Source of the DNA: Squalus acanthias
Lineage: Eukaryota
Assembly (NCBI GenBank): GCA_030390025.1
Contig: CM059432.1
Location: 18,106,001 to 18,170,000, forward strand
Length of the DNA stretch: 64,000 bases
Direction: 5' to 3'
Shown here: piece by piece, positions 1 through 13,243 of the stretch
How positions within the stretch are numbered: position 1 is the first letter of the stretch
How the letters are laid out: the number at the start of each line of letters is the position of its first letter
The notes under the pieces: model-generated
Told to the model about the DNA's origin: nothing
Seen by the model: the letters and a program-made list of their open reading frames with translations, nothing else
Database searches by the model: none
Position numbers and translations under genes: made by a program

Positions 1-677
1 TATTTAGCAAGTTTTGGTCATTATTGGTCTGCCCAACAAATGCAAATTTTGTTTGTTAAAATCGCTCATTCGTCGCCTTATGCTTTGACACATGGCCTCA
101 GGTTATTGAGCTGATGCATGTTAGATTGCTTTGCTTTTTTACCCAACACAAACAAACTGGAACCAGCCAGTCAGGGAAATAGAATGCTAAAATTACTCTT
201 TGATTGCCTTGTACCATCAAACCCGTCTTGAGTCTTAATTGAACATGTTCGTGCCCAACATTAAAAATACAGTATAACATGGGAAAATGTGCATAGCTCA
301 GTGGGTCACTGTGCTCACTTTGTAGTGTAGCACTGAGTCACACAGACCAGGTAAATTCCAGTTTCACACTTCCCTATCACCCAATCCTTGCTGAGTTAAT
401 CGATCTGTTGGAGGAGCTGTGGTTTGATAAATAACTTGTATTTATGTAGTGCCTGTTACATCCTTAGGACATCCCAACGCGCTTCACAACCATAAAGGAG
501 GTATTTTTGTCTTGGTTTGGTAACTTGTTTTAAAATCCAGACAGCGATCATAAGCCGTTTTTAAAAAAAAACTTGAATTCAAATCTGGTACCAAGCTTAT
601 TTCAATGTTTCAAGTTTTGTTGATTACTGGTTTGGGAGAAGCTAATCTTGATTAATTTTAATCCTGCCAAAGTCTAG

Positions 678-1040
678 GTGTCAGTTTGGCTAAATTAACA
701 ACATTCTTTTGTTTGAATTAGAAGGTTATGGGTTCAAGATCCCTTCCAGAACTTGAGCACATAATCCAAGATGACATTTCAGTGCCGTACTGAGGAATGC
801 TGTTTTTCAGATGAGATATTAAATCAAAGGCCCCATCTGTTTCACATGGATATGAAACACCTCATGGCACTATTTGGAGAAGAACAGTGACTCTCCAAGT
901 GTCCTGTCAAATATCATCCTCAACTAACAGCAAAAAATTAATTAATTGATTATTTTCTCATTTGCTGTTTGTGGGACTTTGCTATGTGCAAATTAGCTGC
1001 CTTCTGTGTCAACATAATTGGTGACTGCACTTCAAAAGAG
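678..1040 (+). mobile_element. Degraded tRNA-derived Deu-domain SINE (SacSINE1-like)
   Basis: GGGTTCAAG B-box-like motif and GATGAGATATTAAATCAAAGGCCCC core; diverged version of the copies at 7027 and 36369. Confidence 0.65.
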
Positions 1041-1231
1041 CAACTTCCTGATAGCAGTCTTAAATTTACCTTTTACTAGTTTGACCCATGCCTCCTTGTC
1101 CTACTATCACAATTTAAAGTAATATTCTGGGTTTACCTTTTTCCATACTCTTAACTATCTTGCATAAGATCACCACTTCTGTTCCAAACTGAAAACCAGA
1201 AGTTTCTCATTACTTTGACCTTTGACATTAA

Positions 1232-2270
1232 GGGCTGGATTTTCTGAATGGGAAGCTTTTGGAGGCGGGACTGCTGCTTGCCGGGTCTCAGTCCCGCCTC
1301 CATCAGCTTCTGGCCAACCAGAGGGAATTTCCCCTGATTGACCTTGTTAAGCCCGCCCAGCGGGCTCAGCAGACCAATTAGGAGGAAGTCAGTGACAGAG
1401 CACGTCAACGTATGACGTGTCATCTGTCAAGAACTTTTGAAAGAAGAAATGTCATCGTTTGACAGCTCTGTGAAGCTGTCAAACACTGACATTCTGTGTA
1501 GTTTGATGAGTGCTTGTGTTCAGGACTCATCAAACCTTTCTACTTTGCAGAAATCAGCTGGCTGTTGGATCGGAAGATGCAACAGCCAGTCTGTGATCTC
1601 TATAATGGAGATGTCAGGGACTCCGGCTCCACAGCGGCTGAAGGCTGTAGGTAGAAACAAAGGTAAGTTAACATTTTCTAACACTTTACACTCACCTCAC
1701 CCTGGAGATGGAGCACGCGGTGTCCGCCGGCACGCTTGAGTTTTTCCGCGACCGGTGGGCGCCGCGGGCACTGGAGTGCAGCGTCACCCTGGGCAACCAA
1801 ATTTTAATTTGATTTATTAAGTTTCATTTAAAGTTTTAATTGATTTACAGTGATTTGGTTCTGTCCAACCAAAAAGAGTTACACTCACCTCACATACTTA
1901 CCACTCCACACTTGCACCCATCACTCACCTCTACATCGCACTTTCAGACCCCTCCGACTCCCGCAGACCTCCTACTCACCTCCTACACCCCGGCGGGGTT
2001 CCCCCAGGTCGGGAAGCCCGCACTTCAGGATGAAAAATGGGGATAATCCTATTTTCAGCATGTTAACTACCTGTTAACAGGCAGTTCATAGGCTTTAATC
2101 CCTTCCCGCCTCCAAGGAGACGGGACCCGGGGCAGGACGGCTTCCCGCCTCCTGGCAAGAGGGCACGGAGTAGGGTTGGGGGCGGGTTTGCCACCCGCCC
2201 CCAAATTCTGCAACTTTCCCGGCAGTCCCGCCTCCAAACCCGCCTCCTCGGGGCTGAGAAAATCCAGCCC
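1232..2270. mobile_element. Non-autonomous PIF/Harbinger element (MITE-like)
   Basis: Perfect 14-bp TIR GGGCTGGATTTTCT...AGAAAATCCAGCCC; TIR and right subterminal sequence resemble the Harbinger at 20019-24752; flanks TAA/ATA do not give an exact TSD. Confidence 0.75.
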
Positions 2271-2343
2271 ATAGTATCAGCCTCGTAGCTTTTCTCTTCA
2301 ATCCCTCCAGTGCTTGAATGTCTCCCTTGTTTCTCCATGCCCA

Positions 2344-2752
2344 GAACATAAGAACATAAGAAATAGGAGCAGGAGTGGGCCATTCGGCCCCTCGAGCTTG
2401 CTCCGCCATTCAATAAGATCATGGCTGATCTGATTTTGGCCTCAACTCCACTTTCCTGCCTGTTCCCCATAACCCTTGACTCCCCTGTAGCTCAAATATC
2501 TGTCTATCTCACCTTGAATATATTCAATGACTCCACCTCCACAGCTCTCTGGGGTAGAGAATTCCAAAGATTCACGACCCTCTGAGAGAAGAAATTCCTC
2601 CTCATCTCTGTCTTAAATGGGTGACCCCTTATCCTGAAACTATGCCCCCTAGTTCTAGATTCCCCCACGAGGGGAAACATCCTCTCAGCATCTACCCTGT
2701 CAAGCCCCCTCAGAATCTTATATGTTTTAATAAGATCACCTCTCAGTCTTCT
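2344..2752 (-). mobile_element. CR1 LINE 3' end fragment
   Basis: RGDLIKTYKIL...RRNFFSQRVVNLWNSLP and a (TTCTTATG)n tail. Confidence 0.9.
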
Positions 2753-3456
2753 ACTCAAGGAACTGCCTATATTTACCACCCAGTTTATGCCTAGGAGTGA
2801 ATAATGCCCAAATCTGGATTGCCAAACTGTCTTGCATCAAGCAGTTCAGGTTACACGAGCATTTACACTACCAACCTCCCATCAGGATTTACACAAGCTA
2901 TTGAGTGATTGAATCAAGCTGCTCTTTCCAATTATCAATGAGCAAGTCAAACACAAAGTCATGAACTACAAATTGTTTATTAACCTTAGAATCATAGTTA
3001 GCAGCAATTAAATTTAAACATTGAGTATACAAAAATTAGTAGGGAGAATTAATTGACAAAATAAATAAGAGGTTACAGTTATGTCACAGTAATTCATCTG
3101 TAATTGCTTGCTGATTAATATCGTACAGTTGAGATCAATGTCTGAGGTTGGTATAAATTGGTGAGTTTAAGTTAGGATTAGACTCCTTCGGCTAGAAATT
3201 CAGTATCGCCCCAGTAGGGGCGCTAAATTTTAAAAAGTTGCAGAGTTCCTTCTGACCCCCCGCTAATTGATTGTCGGTGCTCCAAGAAAGAGCTGGAGCG
3301 CTAAATCAAGCACTAATCACCTAACTTAGGACACTGCACACTGGCTCCTTCCAGTTCTTAAAGGGGAGGTTCAATCATTCTGCACAACCTCATTCTCAAC
3401 ATTGCTGGCTCTGAAGGCGACCTCCCAGCAACTCAACAGCTACACCTCTTATCCTC

Positions 3457-4548
3457 ATGGCGGAGAGAGCTCGCCGTTTCAGTGACCAGGCATTGGTCGC
3501 GGCAGTGGAAAGAAGGAGGGCAATGCTGTTCCCGGCCACTGGCAGGAGGCCATTGCCCCAGGTCTTCAGGGCAATGTGGAGTGAAGTGGGCCAGGACGTC
3601 TCGGCCAGCAGTGTGGTCCTCAGGATCCTCACACAGTGCCGTAAAAAATTCAACGACCTCACTCGGGTGGTCAGGGTGAGTACATGCTTCAACAAGTCCC
3701 ACATACCAGCATCTGAACCTCAGTCTGTACACACTGCACAAACCACCACACCCCCCACCACTCACCCACCAACCATCTCCACCAACTCAAACTCACATCC
3801 ACATCTCACGCCTTGCCTACAATCACAGCTATTCAACTATGGCAGGCACATCTCCCAAAAACATAGCTGCACACTCACACACACACTTTACTTTCTCTTG
3901 CAGGCCAAGCTGGCCCACAAAAGGAGGGAGCAGGAACAAATAGTTGGGGGTGAAGTGGACATCCAACAGCTTACAGACCTGGAGGAGCGAGTGCTGAGAG
4001 TCATTGTGCGCCAGGTGGTGGGCGCCGTGGCCATCAGCGACGTCGACCCCCTTGGGGACAACAACGGTATGTTCATCCCCTCTCCTTCTCCCATCCCACT
4101 TCCCCCTCACAGCACAAGCCTTTCCAACTTTCCAGCTCATTATACTGTCTGCATTCCTTGCTCCCTTCCTGCCCCCCTGCCCTCACCTTAACGCGAGTAT
4201 TGTGCCTTTATGCTTTCAGGTAATTAGCAACCAGCTGACCAGCCTGTCCCTGAGCCTCCCAGTCAGAGTGAGGCAGGAGAAGAGAAGGAGGAGCAAAGCA
4301 CCGCGTCACTGCATCTCTCACCCGCAGGCACCAGCTCAGATACTGACACTACGCGATCTTTAGAGGCAAGTTTAGTGGAGGGGTCTGCACTGGGTGATGC
4401 ACTGGGGACGAGCGGGCTGCAGCAAGGTCAGGGGGAAAGGGTAGCTCGAGAGCCAGTTCCCTGGAGGGCGAGTGTGCGCATGAGTTCTGCTGCACACGAC
4501 TCAGATGAGGACCTCGATGGGGAGGCATTCACAAGAAGGATGATGGGC
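3457..4548 (+). pseudogene. Harbinger Myb/SANT-like DNA-binding protein pseudogene, 3 exons (about 3457-3675, 3904-4066, 4220-4548)
   Basis: Trihelix/Myb motif; donors GG|GTGAGT and G|GTATGT; acceptors CTTGCAG and CTTTCAG; premature TAG at start of exon 3; LINE insertion after RRMMG. Confidence 0.7.
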
Positions 4549-5635
4549 AGGACAAATATATACCGGCCAATTACCACCTCATCAGTCTACTCTCAATCAT
4601 CAGCAAAGTGATGGAAGGTGTCATCGACAGTGCTATCAAGTGGCACTTACTCACCAATAACCTGCTCACTGATGCCCAGTTTGGGTTCCGCCAAGACCAC
4701 TCGGCTCCAAACCTCATTACAGCCTTGGTCCAAACATGGACAAAGGAGCTGAATTCCAGAGGTGAGGTGAGAGTGACTGCTCTTGACATCAAGGCAGGAT
4801 TTGACAGAGTGTAGCATCAAGAAGCCCTAGTAAAACTCAAGTCAGTGTGAATCGGGGGGAAAACTCTCCACTGGCTGGAGTCATACCTAGCACAAAGGAA
4901 GATGGTTTTGGTGGTTGAAGGTCAATCATCACAGCCCAGGACATCGCTGCAGGAGTTCCTCAGGGCAGTGTCCTAGGCCCAACCATCTTCAGCTGCTTCA
5001 TCAATGACCTTCCCTCTAACATAAGGTCAGAAATGGGGATGTTCGTTGATGACTGCACAGTGTTCAGTGCCATTCACAACTCCTGAGATAATGAAGCAGT
5101 CCATGCCCACATGCAACAAAACCTGGACGACGTTCAGGCTTAGGCTGATAAGTGGCAGGTAACATTCGCACCACAGAAGTGCCAGGCAATGACTATCTCC
5201 AACAAGCAATAGTCTAACCATCGCCCCTTAACATTCAACGGCATTACCATCGCCAAATCCTCCACCATCAACATCCTGGGGGTCACCATTGACCAGAAAC
5301 TTAACTGGACCAGCCATATAAATACTGTGGCAACAAGAGCAGGTCAGAGGCTAGGTATTTTGCGGCAAGTGTCTCACCTCCTGACTCCCCAAAGCCTTTC
5401 CACCATCTACAAGGCACAAGTAAGGAGTGTGATAGAATACTCTCCACTTGCCTGGATGAGTGCAGCTCCAACAACACTCAAGAAGCTCGACACCATCCAG
5501 GACAAAGCAGCCCGCTTGATTGGCACCTCATCCACCACCTTAAACATTCACTCCCTCCACCACCGGCGTACCATGGCTGCAGTGTATACTATCTACAAGA
5601 TGCACTGCAGCAACTCGCCAAGGCTTCTTCGGCAG
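4549..5635 (+). mobile_element. CR1-group (Zenon/L2B-like) LINE RT fragment
   Basis: [38 protein letters not shown]; stops and frameshift; clade label tentative. Confidence 0.85.
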
Positions 5636-5935
5636 AATGAGAGCAGTCTGAGACTCAATGGCTGCAACCATTGACTACATTACAGCACTAAGACGTTGCA
5701 TGGCTTCCACTTGTGCGGCAATGGCTGCTGCCACATCGCCCATCACATGCGGCAGGAGGTCTGGGTCCCCACGGTCTCTCAGGGAGTCCACCAACCTTTG
5801 CAGACTGCCAAGAATGGGCTCCATGGTGTGCGCAGAGCTCTGTGCAATGTTGGAGGTGGACTCCTCCACGTTCCTTAAAATTTCTGACAGGATCTCAGGC
5901 ACCCTTGCCATTGCACCTATCATCTCCGTGTGCAT

Positions 5936-6984
5936 TTAAAAAAAATGTGTTTATGGAATGTGGGCGTCGCTGGCAAAGCCAGCATTTATTGCCCATCCCT
6001 AATTGCCCTTGAGAAGATGGTGGTGAGCCACCTTCTTGAACTGCTGCAGTCCGTGTGGTGAAGGTACTCCCACAGAGCTGTTAGGTAGGGAGTTCCAGGA
6101 TTTTGACCCAGCAACGATGAAGGATCAGCGATATAATTCTAAGTCAGGATGGTGTGTGACTTGGAGGGGAGCTTGGAGGTGGTGGATTTACCATACGCCT
6201 GCTGCCCTTGTCCTTCTAGGTGGAAGAGGTCACAGGTTTGGGAGGTGCTGCCGAAGAAGCCTTGGCGAGTTGCTGCAGTGCATCTTGTAGATGGTACACA
6301 CTGCAGCTACGGTACGCCGGTGGTGGCGGGAGTGAATGTTTAAGGTGGTGGATGGGGTGCCAATCAAGCGGGCTGCTTTGTCCTGGATGGTGTCGAGCTT
6401 CTTGAGTGTTGTTGGAGCTGCACTCATCCAGGCAAGTGGAGAGTATTCCATCACACTCCTGACTTGTGCCTTGTAGATGGTGGAAAGGCTTTGGGGAGTC
6501 AGGAGGTGAGACACTCGCCACAGAATACCTAGCCTCTGACCTGCTCTTGTTGCCACAGTATTTATGTGGCTGGTCCAGTTAAGTTTCTGGTCAATGTTGA
6601 CCCCCAGGATGTTCATGGTGGGGGATTCGACGATGGTAATGCCGTTGAATGTCAAGGGGAGGTGGTTAGACTCTTGCTTGTTGGAGATAGTCATTGCCTG
6701 GCACTTCTGTGGTGCGAATGTTACCTGCCACTTATCAGCCCAAGCCTGAATATCGTCCAGGTCTTGTTGTATGTGAGCATGGACTGCTTCATTATCTGAG
6801 GAGTTGTGAATAGCACTGAACACTGTGCAGTCATCAGCGAACATCCCCATTTCTGACCTTATGTTGGAGGGAAGGTCATTGATGAAGCAGCTGAAGATGG
6901 TTGGGCCGAGGACACTGCCCTGAGGAACTCCTGCAGCGATGTCCTGGGGCTGTGATGATTGACCTTCAACCACCACAACCATCT
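5936..6984 (-). mobile_element. Same LINE family, 3' portion with tail
   Basis: ORF 6230-6982 with FADD and YKAQVRSVMEY, plus 3' UTR; inverted duplicate of 4900-5635. Confidence 0.9.
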
Positions 6985-7026
6985 GTAGAGGTGTTATCTG
7001 TTACTCCTGGATCCTCTGCTCCTATG

Positions 7027-7485
7027 TGTGGTTAGCAGTCTCTCCTCGGAGTCAGAAGGTTGTGGGTTCAAGTCCCACTCCAGGGACTTGAGCAAAAAAA
7101 ATCTAGGCTGACACTCCAGTGCAGTGCTGAAGGAGTGCTGCACTGTCAGAGGTGCTGTCTTTCAGATGAGACATTAAACCGAGGCCCTGTCTGTACTCTC
7201 AGGTGGACGTATAAGATCCCGTGGCACTATTTCGAAGAAGAGCAGGGGAGTTATCCCCGGTGTCCTGGCCAATATTTATCCCTCAATCAACATAACAAAA
7301 ACAGATTATCTGGTCATTATCACATTGCTGTTTGTGGGAGCTTGCTGTGCACAAATTAACTGCTGCGTTTCCTACATTACAACAGTGACTACACTCCAAA
7401 AAGTACTTCATTGGCTGTAAAGCACTTTGAGACTTCCGGTGGTCGTGAAAGGCGCTATATAAATCCAAGTCTTTCTTTCTTTCTT
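7027..7485 (+). mobile_element. Deu-domain SINE with L2-derived tail
   Basis: GGGTTCAAGTCCC B box, GATGAGACATTAAACCGAGGCCC core, GGCGCTATATAAAT tail with (TTTC)n. Confidence 0.8.
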
Positions 7486-7499
7486 CTACATATATATCC

Positions 7500-7775
7500 A
7501 GAATAAGGGGCATAATCTTAAAATTATTGCTATGCCATTTGGGAGTGAAATTAGGAACACTTTTTCAGGCAAAGGGTAGTGGAAATCTGGAACTCTCTCT
7601 CCCAAAAGGCTGTGAGTTAATTGAAATTTTCAAAACTGAGATTGGTAAATTTTTCTTGGGTAAGGATATCAAGGGATATGTAGCAAAGGTGGGTAAATGG
7701 AGTTGAGGTACAGATCAGCCATCATCTAATTGAATGACAGAACAGGGTATCGAAGTTCCTGTTCCTATGTTCCTA
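7500..7775 (+). mobile_element. Old CR1 3' end fragment
   Basis: TGGAACTCTCT...GATCAGCCAT...TTCCTATG tail. Confidence 0.7.
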
Positions 7776-8787
7776 CAGCCAGCCAAGGGGGGAGATTTTC
7801 ATCCAATCTGGGCTTGATTCAAATGGAGACCCCAAGGTGTAAACCCACTTTGCCACCCAATCCCCATAAAATATGTATTTATGGTCTTTTCTCATTAATG
7901 CATTAGATAGAAAATTATGGTTTCCTGGGACTGATTTAAAAGTTCTCAATCTTATAAGAGTTCAGATGCTGTCATAAACCATACAATTGTAGCTTTATTG
8001 ATTGGTAATAGTTTAGTAACTGATAACAATCATATGAGATTATAAGGTTGAACTCACTCCAGCGTGTGCATTACCTTCAAAACGCATACTATGAAGTTCA
8101 TGTGGTTAATTCTGATTTTATGCTTTTTTGTTGCTGGCAGATGCAGTTAATGGTCAGTGTGCTCCATTTTGTTAATACCTGATATGTAACACTTAGCTAT
8201 TTTCGGCACCTAGTGACAACAACAAGCACTCCGGGGCCAGATATAGCACAGTGACATGCAGTGTGAAGTGCAATTTCCTCAGCCCCAACCACAGACGAGT
8301 ACCACCATCAATCATATTAAGTTTATCCAATTGAAAATGAATTGTTAACTAAAGAAGTAACACAATTGTCTGGAGCTAACAAGATTCTTTTAGTGTAGGG
8401 ATTAGTACACTAATGCTAACATTAATTATCCATTGCCTCCATCCTAATTTTTTTAATTAATTGCATTAACAGAACTGCAAGAAGAGTGATTAATGCACAT
8501 CCAATTCAGTGGAGAGGACATACAAGGATGAATAGGGCTAGCGCATGCAATGCAACTAATCTGCACTATTGAGAACAGTTTAAAAAAAATGTATTTATTC
8601 ATTCATGGGATGTGGCTGTCGCTGGCAAGGCCAGCATTTATTGCCCGTCACTAATTGAGACGGTGGTGGTGAGCCACCTTCTTGAACCGCTGCAGTCCGT
8701 GTGGTGAAGGTACTCCCATAGTGCTGTTAGGGAGGGAGTGCCAGGATTTTGACCCAGCGATGATGAAGGAATGGTGATATATTTCCA

Positions 8788-9006
8788 AGAGGCCGGTGTC
8801 GGGAGCTGAGAGAGCAGCAGCACAGTGAGTATTTAAACTCACTTTCGCTGGCTTTTTTTCAGAGGCCAGTGTCGGGAGCGGAGAGAGCGACGGTACAGTG
8901 AGTATTTAAACTCACTTTCGCGGGCTTTTTTTCAGAGGCCAGTGTCGGGAGCGGAGAGAGCAGCAGCACAGTGAGTATTTAAACTCACTTTCGCGGGCTT
9001 TTTTTC
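8788..9006 (+). repeat. Three 73-bp tandem monomers at the CR1 5' end
   Basis: AGAGGCCRGTGTCGGGAGC...GTGAGTATTTAAACTCACTTTCGC units start at 8788, 8861 and 8934. Confidence 0.9.
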
Positions 9007-9320
9007 AGAGGCTTACCAATCTCACAGACCGGCGGCGGCGTTCCAGAGCCACGTCACAATTCAAAAAGTGACGCGGACAAGAGGAAGCAGCTGATTGGGT
9101 GAGTAGGGCCAGGTGAGTATTTATACTACTCTGTAGTTTGACAGTTAAGGTTAATAGTTTATAAAGTTTAGAAGGTCCTAATTTTTGTGGTTATAGTTTC
9201 TAAGGTCTCTGTTGTATAGCCGGGAGAGCTAGTATACAAGGGCCCTTGAGTATATCATTTAATTGTAGTGTAATTTGTGGTATTGATTTGAGTTAATTTA
9301 AATTAATTAAAGGGTAAGCC

Positions 9321-10265
9321 ATGGCAGCACAGCCCGTGGTATGCTCCTCCTGCACGATGTGGGAAATCAGGGACACTTCCTGTGTCCCTGTTGACCATGT
9401 GTGCGGGAAGTGTATCCAGCTGCAGCTACTGGCAGACCGTATTGCGGCGCTGGAGCTGTGAATGGATGCATGCTGGAGCATTCGCGATGCTGAGGACATC
9501 ATGGATAGCACGTTTAGGGAGTTGGTCACACCGCAGGTAATGGCTGCACAGGCAGGAAGGGAATGGGTGACCACCAGGCAGAGTAGTAGGCGCAGGCAGG
9601 TAGTGCAGGGGTCCCCTGTGGACATCCCCCTCTCAAACAGATATACCACTTTGGATATTGTTGAGGGAGATGGCTTATTGGGGGAAGGCAGCAGCAGCCA
9701 ACTTCTTGGCACCATGGGTGGTTCTGCTGCACAGGACAGGAGGAAAAACAGCGGGAGAGCTATAGTGATAGGGGATTCTATTGTAAGGGGAATAGATATG
9801 CGTTTCTGCGGCCGCAAACGAGACTCCAGGTTGGTATGTTGCCTCCCTGGAGCAAGGGTCAAGGATGTCTCGGAGCGGCTGCAGGGCATTCTGGAGCAGG
9901 AGGGTGAACAGCCAGTTGTCGTGGTGCATATCGGTACCAACGATATAGGTAAAAAACAGGATGAGGTCTTAAAAGCTGAATATAGGGAGTTAGGAGGTAA
10001 ATTAAAAAATAGGACCTCAAAGGTAGTAATCTCAGGATTGCTACCGGTGCCACATGCTAGTCAGAGTAGAAATAGAAGGATATTTCAGATGAATACGTGG
10101 CTAGAGGAATGGTGCAAGTGGGAGGGATTCAAATTCCTGGGACATTGGAACCGGTTCTGGGAGAGGTGGGACCAGTACAAACTGGACGGTTTGCACCTGG
10201 GCAGCACCAGGAGTGATGTCCTAGGGGGAGTGTTTGCTAGTGCTGTTGGGGAGGGTTTAAACTAA
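9321..10265 (+). pseudogene. CR1 ORF1: Cys-rich zinc finger/zipper plus SGNH esterase
   Basis: CSSC...CGKC; GDSIVR, HIGTND, DGLHL; in-frame TGA at 9459-9461. Confidence 0.9.
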
Positions 10266-10439
10266 AATGGCAGGGGGTTGGGAACCAATGCAGGGAATGA
10301 GAGGAAAGGGAAGCAAGGATAGAAGCAAAAGACAGGGAGCAGAAAAGCAAAAGTGGAAGGCAGAGAAATCAAGGGTGTAAATCAAACAACGCTACAGTAA
10401 ATAATAATTCTAAAAGGACTAAGAGTGTTAAAAAAACAA

Positions 10440-13243
10440 GCCTGAAGGCTTTGTGTCTTAATGCGAGGAGCATTCGTAAAAAGGTGGATGAATTAGCTGC
10501 GCAAATAGATGTAAACGGATATGATATAATTGGGATTACAGAGACATGGCTCCAAGGTGACCAAGGCTGGGAATTCAACATCCAGGGGTATTCAATATTC
10601 AGGAAGGACAGACAAAAAGGAAAAGGAGGTGGGGTAGCATTGCTGGTTAAAGAGGAGATTAACACAATACAGTAGTAAGGAAGGATATTAGCTCTGATGA
10701 TGTGGAATCTGTATGGGTTGAGCTGAGAAATACCAAGGGGCAGAAAACGTTAGTGGGAGTTGTATACAGACCCCCAAACAGTAATGCTGAGGTTGGGGAT
10801 GGCATTAAACAGGAAATTAGAGATGCGTGCAATAAGGGCACAGCAGCCATCATGGGTGACTTCAATCTACATATAGATTGGGCTAACCAAGTTAGTAACA
10901 ATACTGTGGAGGAGGAATTCCTAGAGTGTATACGGGATGGTTTCCTGGACCAATATGTCGAGGCACCAACTAGAGATCAGGTCATCTTAGACTGGGTATT
11001 ATGTAATGAGAAAGGATTAATCAGCAATCTTGTTGTGCGAGGCCCCTTGGGGAGGAGCGATCATAATATGATAGAATTCTTCATTAAGATGGAGAGTGAA
11101 GTAGTTGACTCAGAGACTAGGGTCCTGAATTTAAATAAAGGAACGTACGATGGTATGAGGCGCGAGTTGGCTAGGATGGATTGGGGAGCGTTACTTAAAG
11201 GGTTGACGGTGGATAGGCAATGGCAGACATTTAAAGATTGCATGGATGAACTACAGAATTTGTTCATCCCTGTTTGGCATAAAAATAAAACAAAAAAGGT
11301 GACTCAACTGTGGCTAACAAGGGAGATTAGAGATAGCATAAGATCCAAGGAGAGGACATATAAATTGGCCAGAAAAAGCAGCAAACCTGAGGATTGGGAG
11401 CAGTTTAGGATTCAGCAAAGGAGGACAAAGGGATTAATTAAGAGGGGGGAAATAGAATATGAGAGTAAGCTTGCAGGGAACATAAAAACTGACTGTAAAA
11501 GCTTCTATAGATATGTAAAGAGAAAAAGATTGGTGAAGTCAAGCGTAGGTCGCTTGCAGTCAGAATCGGGGGAATTTATAATGGGGAACAAAGAAATGGC
11601 AGGCCAATTAAATACATACTTTGGTTCTGTCTTCACAAAGGAGGACACAAATAAACTCCCAGAGATGTCGGGGAACATAGGCCCTAATGAGAGGGAGGAA
11701 TTGATTGAAATCAGTATTTGTAGGGAAATGGTGTTAGGGAAATTAATGGGATTGAAGGCCGATAAATCCCCAGGGCCTGATAATCTACATCCTAGGGTAC
11801 TTAAAGAAGTGGCCCTAGAAATAGTCGATGCATTGCTGGTCATCTTTCAAAATTCTATAGACTCTGGAACAGTTCCCATGGATTGGAGGGTAGCTAATGT
11901 AACCCCACTATTCAAAAAAGGTGGTAGAGAAGAAACGGGGAATTATAGACCGGTAAGCCTGACATCGGTAGTGGGGAAAATGCTAGAGTCCATTATAAAA
12001 GATGTAATAGCAGAGCACTTGGAAAACAGTGACAGGATCGGACAAAGTCAACATGGATTTACAAAAGGGAAATCATGCCTGATTAATCTACTGGAATTTT
12101 TTGAGGATGTAACTGGTAGAATAGATAAGGGAGAACCAGTGGATGTGGTGTATTTGGACTTTCAGAAGGCTTTCGATAAGGTCCCGCATAAGAGATTAGC
12201 GTGCAAAGTTAAAGCACATAGGATTTGGGGTAAGGTACTGAGTTGGATAGAGAACTGGTTGGCAGACAGGAAGCAAAGAGTTGGAATAAACGGGTCTTTT
12301 TCCGATTGGCAGGCAGTGACTAGTGGGGTACCGCAGGGATCGGTCCTTGGACCCCAGCTATTCACAATATATATTAATGATCTAGACGAGGGAACTAGAT
12401 GTAATATCTCGAAGTTTGCAGACGACACAAAGTTGGGTGGGCGTGTGTGCTGTGAGGAGGATGCAGAGAAACTCCAGTATGATTTGGACAGGTTGGGTGA
12501 TTGGGCAGATGCAGTATAATGTGGATAAATGCGAGGTTATCCACTTTGGTGGCAAAAACAGGAAGACAGACTATTATCTGAATGGCAATAGATTGGGAAA
12601 AGGGGAAGTGCAACAAGATCTGGGAGTCCTTGTGCACCAGTCGCTGAAGGTAAGCATGCAGGTGCAGCAGGCGGTTAAGAAGGCAAATGGTGTGTTGGCC
12701 TTCATAGCGAGAGGATTCGAGTACAGGAGCAAGGATGTCTTGCTGCAGTTGTACAAGGCCTTGGTGAGACCACACCTTGAGTATTGTGTGCAGTTTTGGT
12801 CGCCTTATCTGAGGAAGAATGTTCTTGCCATGGAGGGAGTGCAGCGAAGATTTACCAGACTGATACCTGGGATGGCAGGAATGACGTATGAAGAGAGATT
12901 GGGTTGATTAGGCTTATATTCGCTAGAGTTGAGAAGAATGAGAGGGGATCTCATTGAAACTTATAAAATTCTAACAGGACTAGACAGACTAGATGCAGGA
13001 AGGATGTTCCCAATGACGGGGGAGTCCAGAACCAGAGGTCACAGTCTAAGGATAAGGGGTAAGCCATTTAGGACTGAGATGAGGAGGAATTTCTTTACCC
13101 AGAGAGTGGTGAACCTGTGGAATTCTCTACTACAGAAGGCAGTTGAGGCCAATTCATTAAATATATTCAAGAAGGAGATAGATATATTTCTTAAGGCTAA
13201 AGGGATCAAGGGATATGGGGAGAAAGCAGGGACAGGGTACTGA
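10440..13243 (+). pseudogene. CR1 ORF2: AP endonuclease plus reverse transcriptase
   Basis: [48 protein letters not shown]; frameshifts near 10670 and 12510, stop at 12905; start position approximate. Confidence 0.92.

Larger units (their letters stand above)
3190..5935 (+). mobile_element. Disrupted Harbinger transposon (Myb/SANT side), split by a LINE and partly inverted
   Basis: GGCTAGAAATT end motif; Myb/SANT-like RARRFSD...W..V...QCRKKFNDL; the protein continuation lies on the minus strand at 5935-5636. Confidence 0.7.

Noticed and set aside
8788..9006. Regular repeats as a CRISPR-like array
   Set aside because: Head-to-tail units with no unique spacers, in a eukaryotic LINE 5' UTR.
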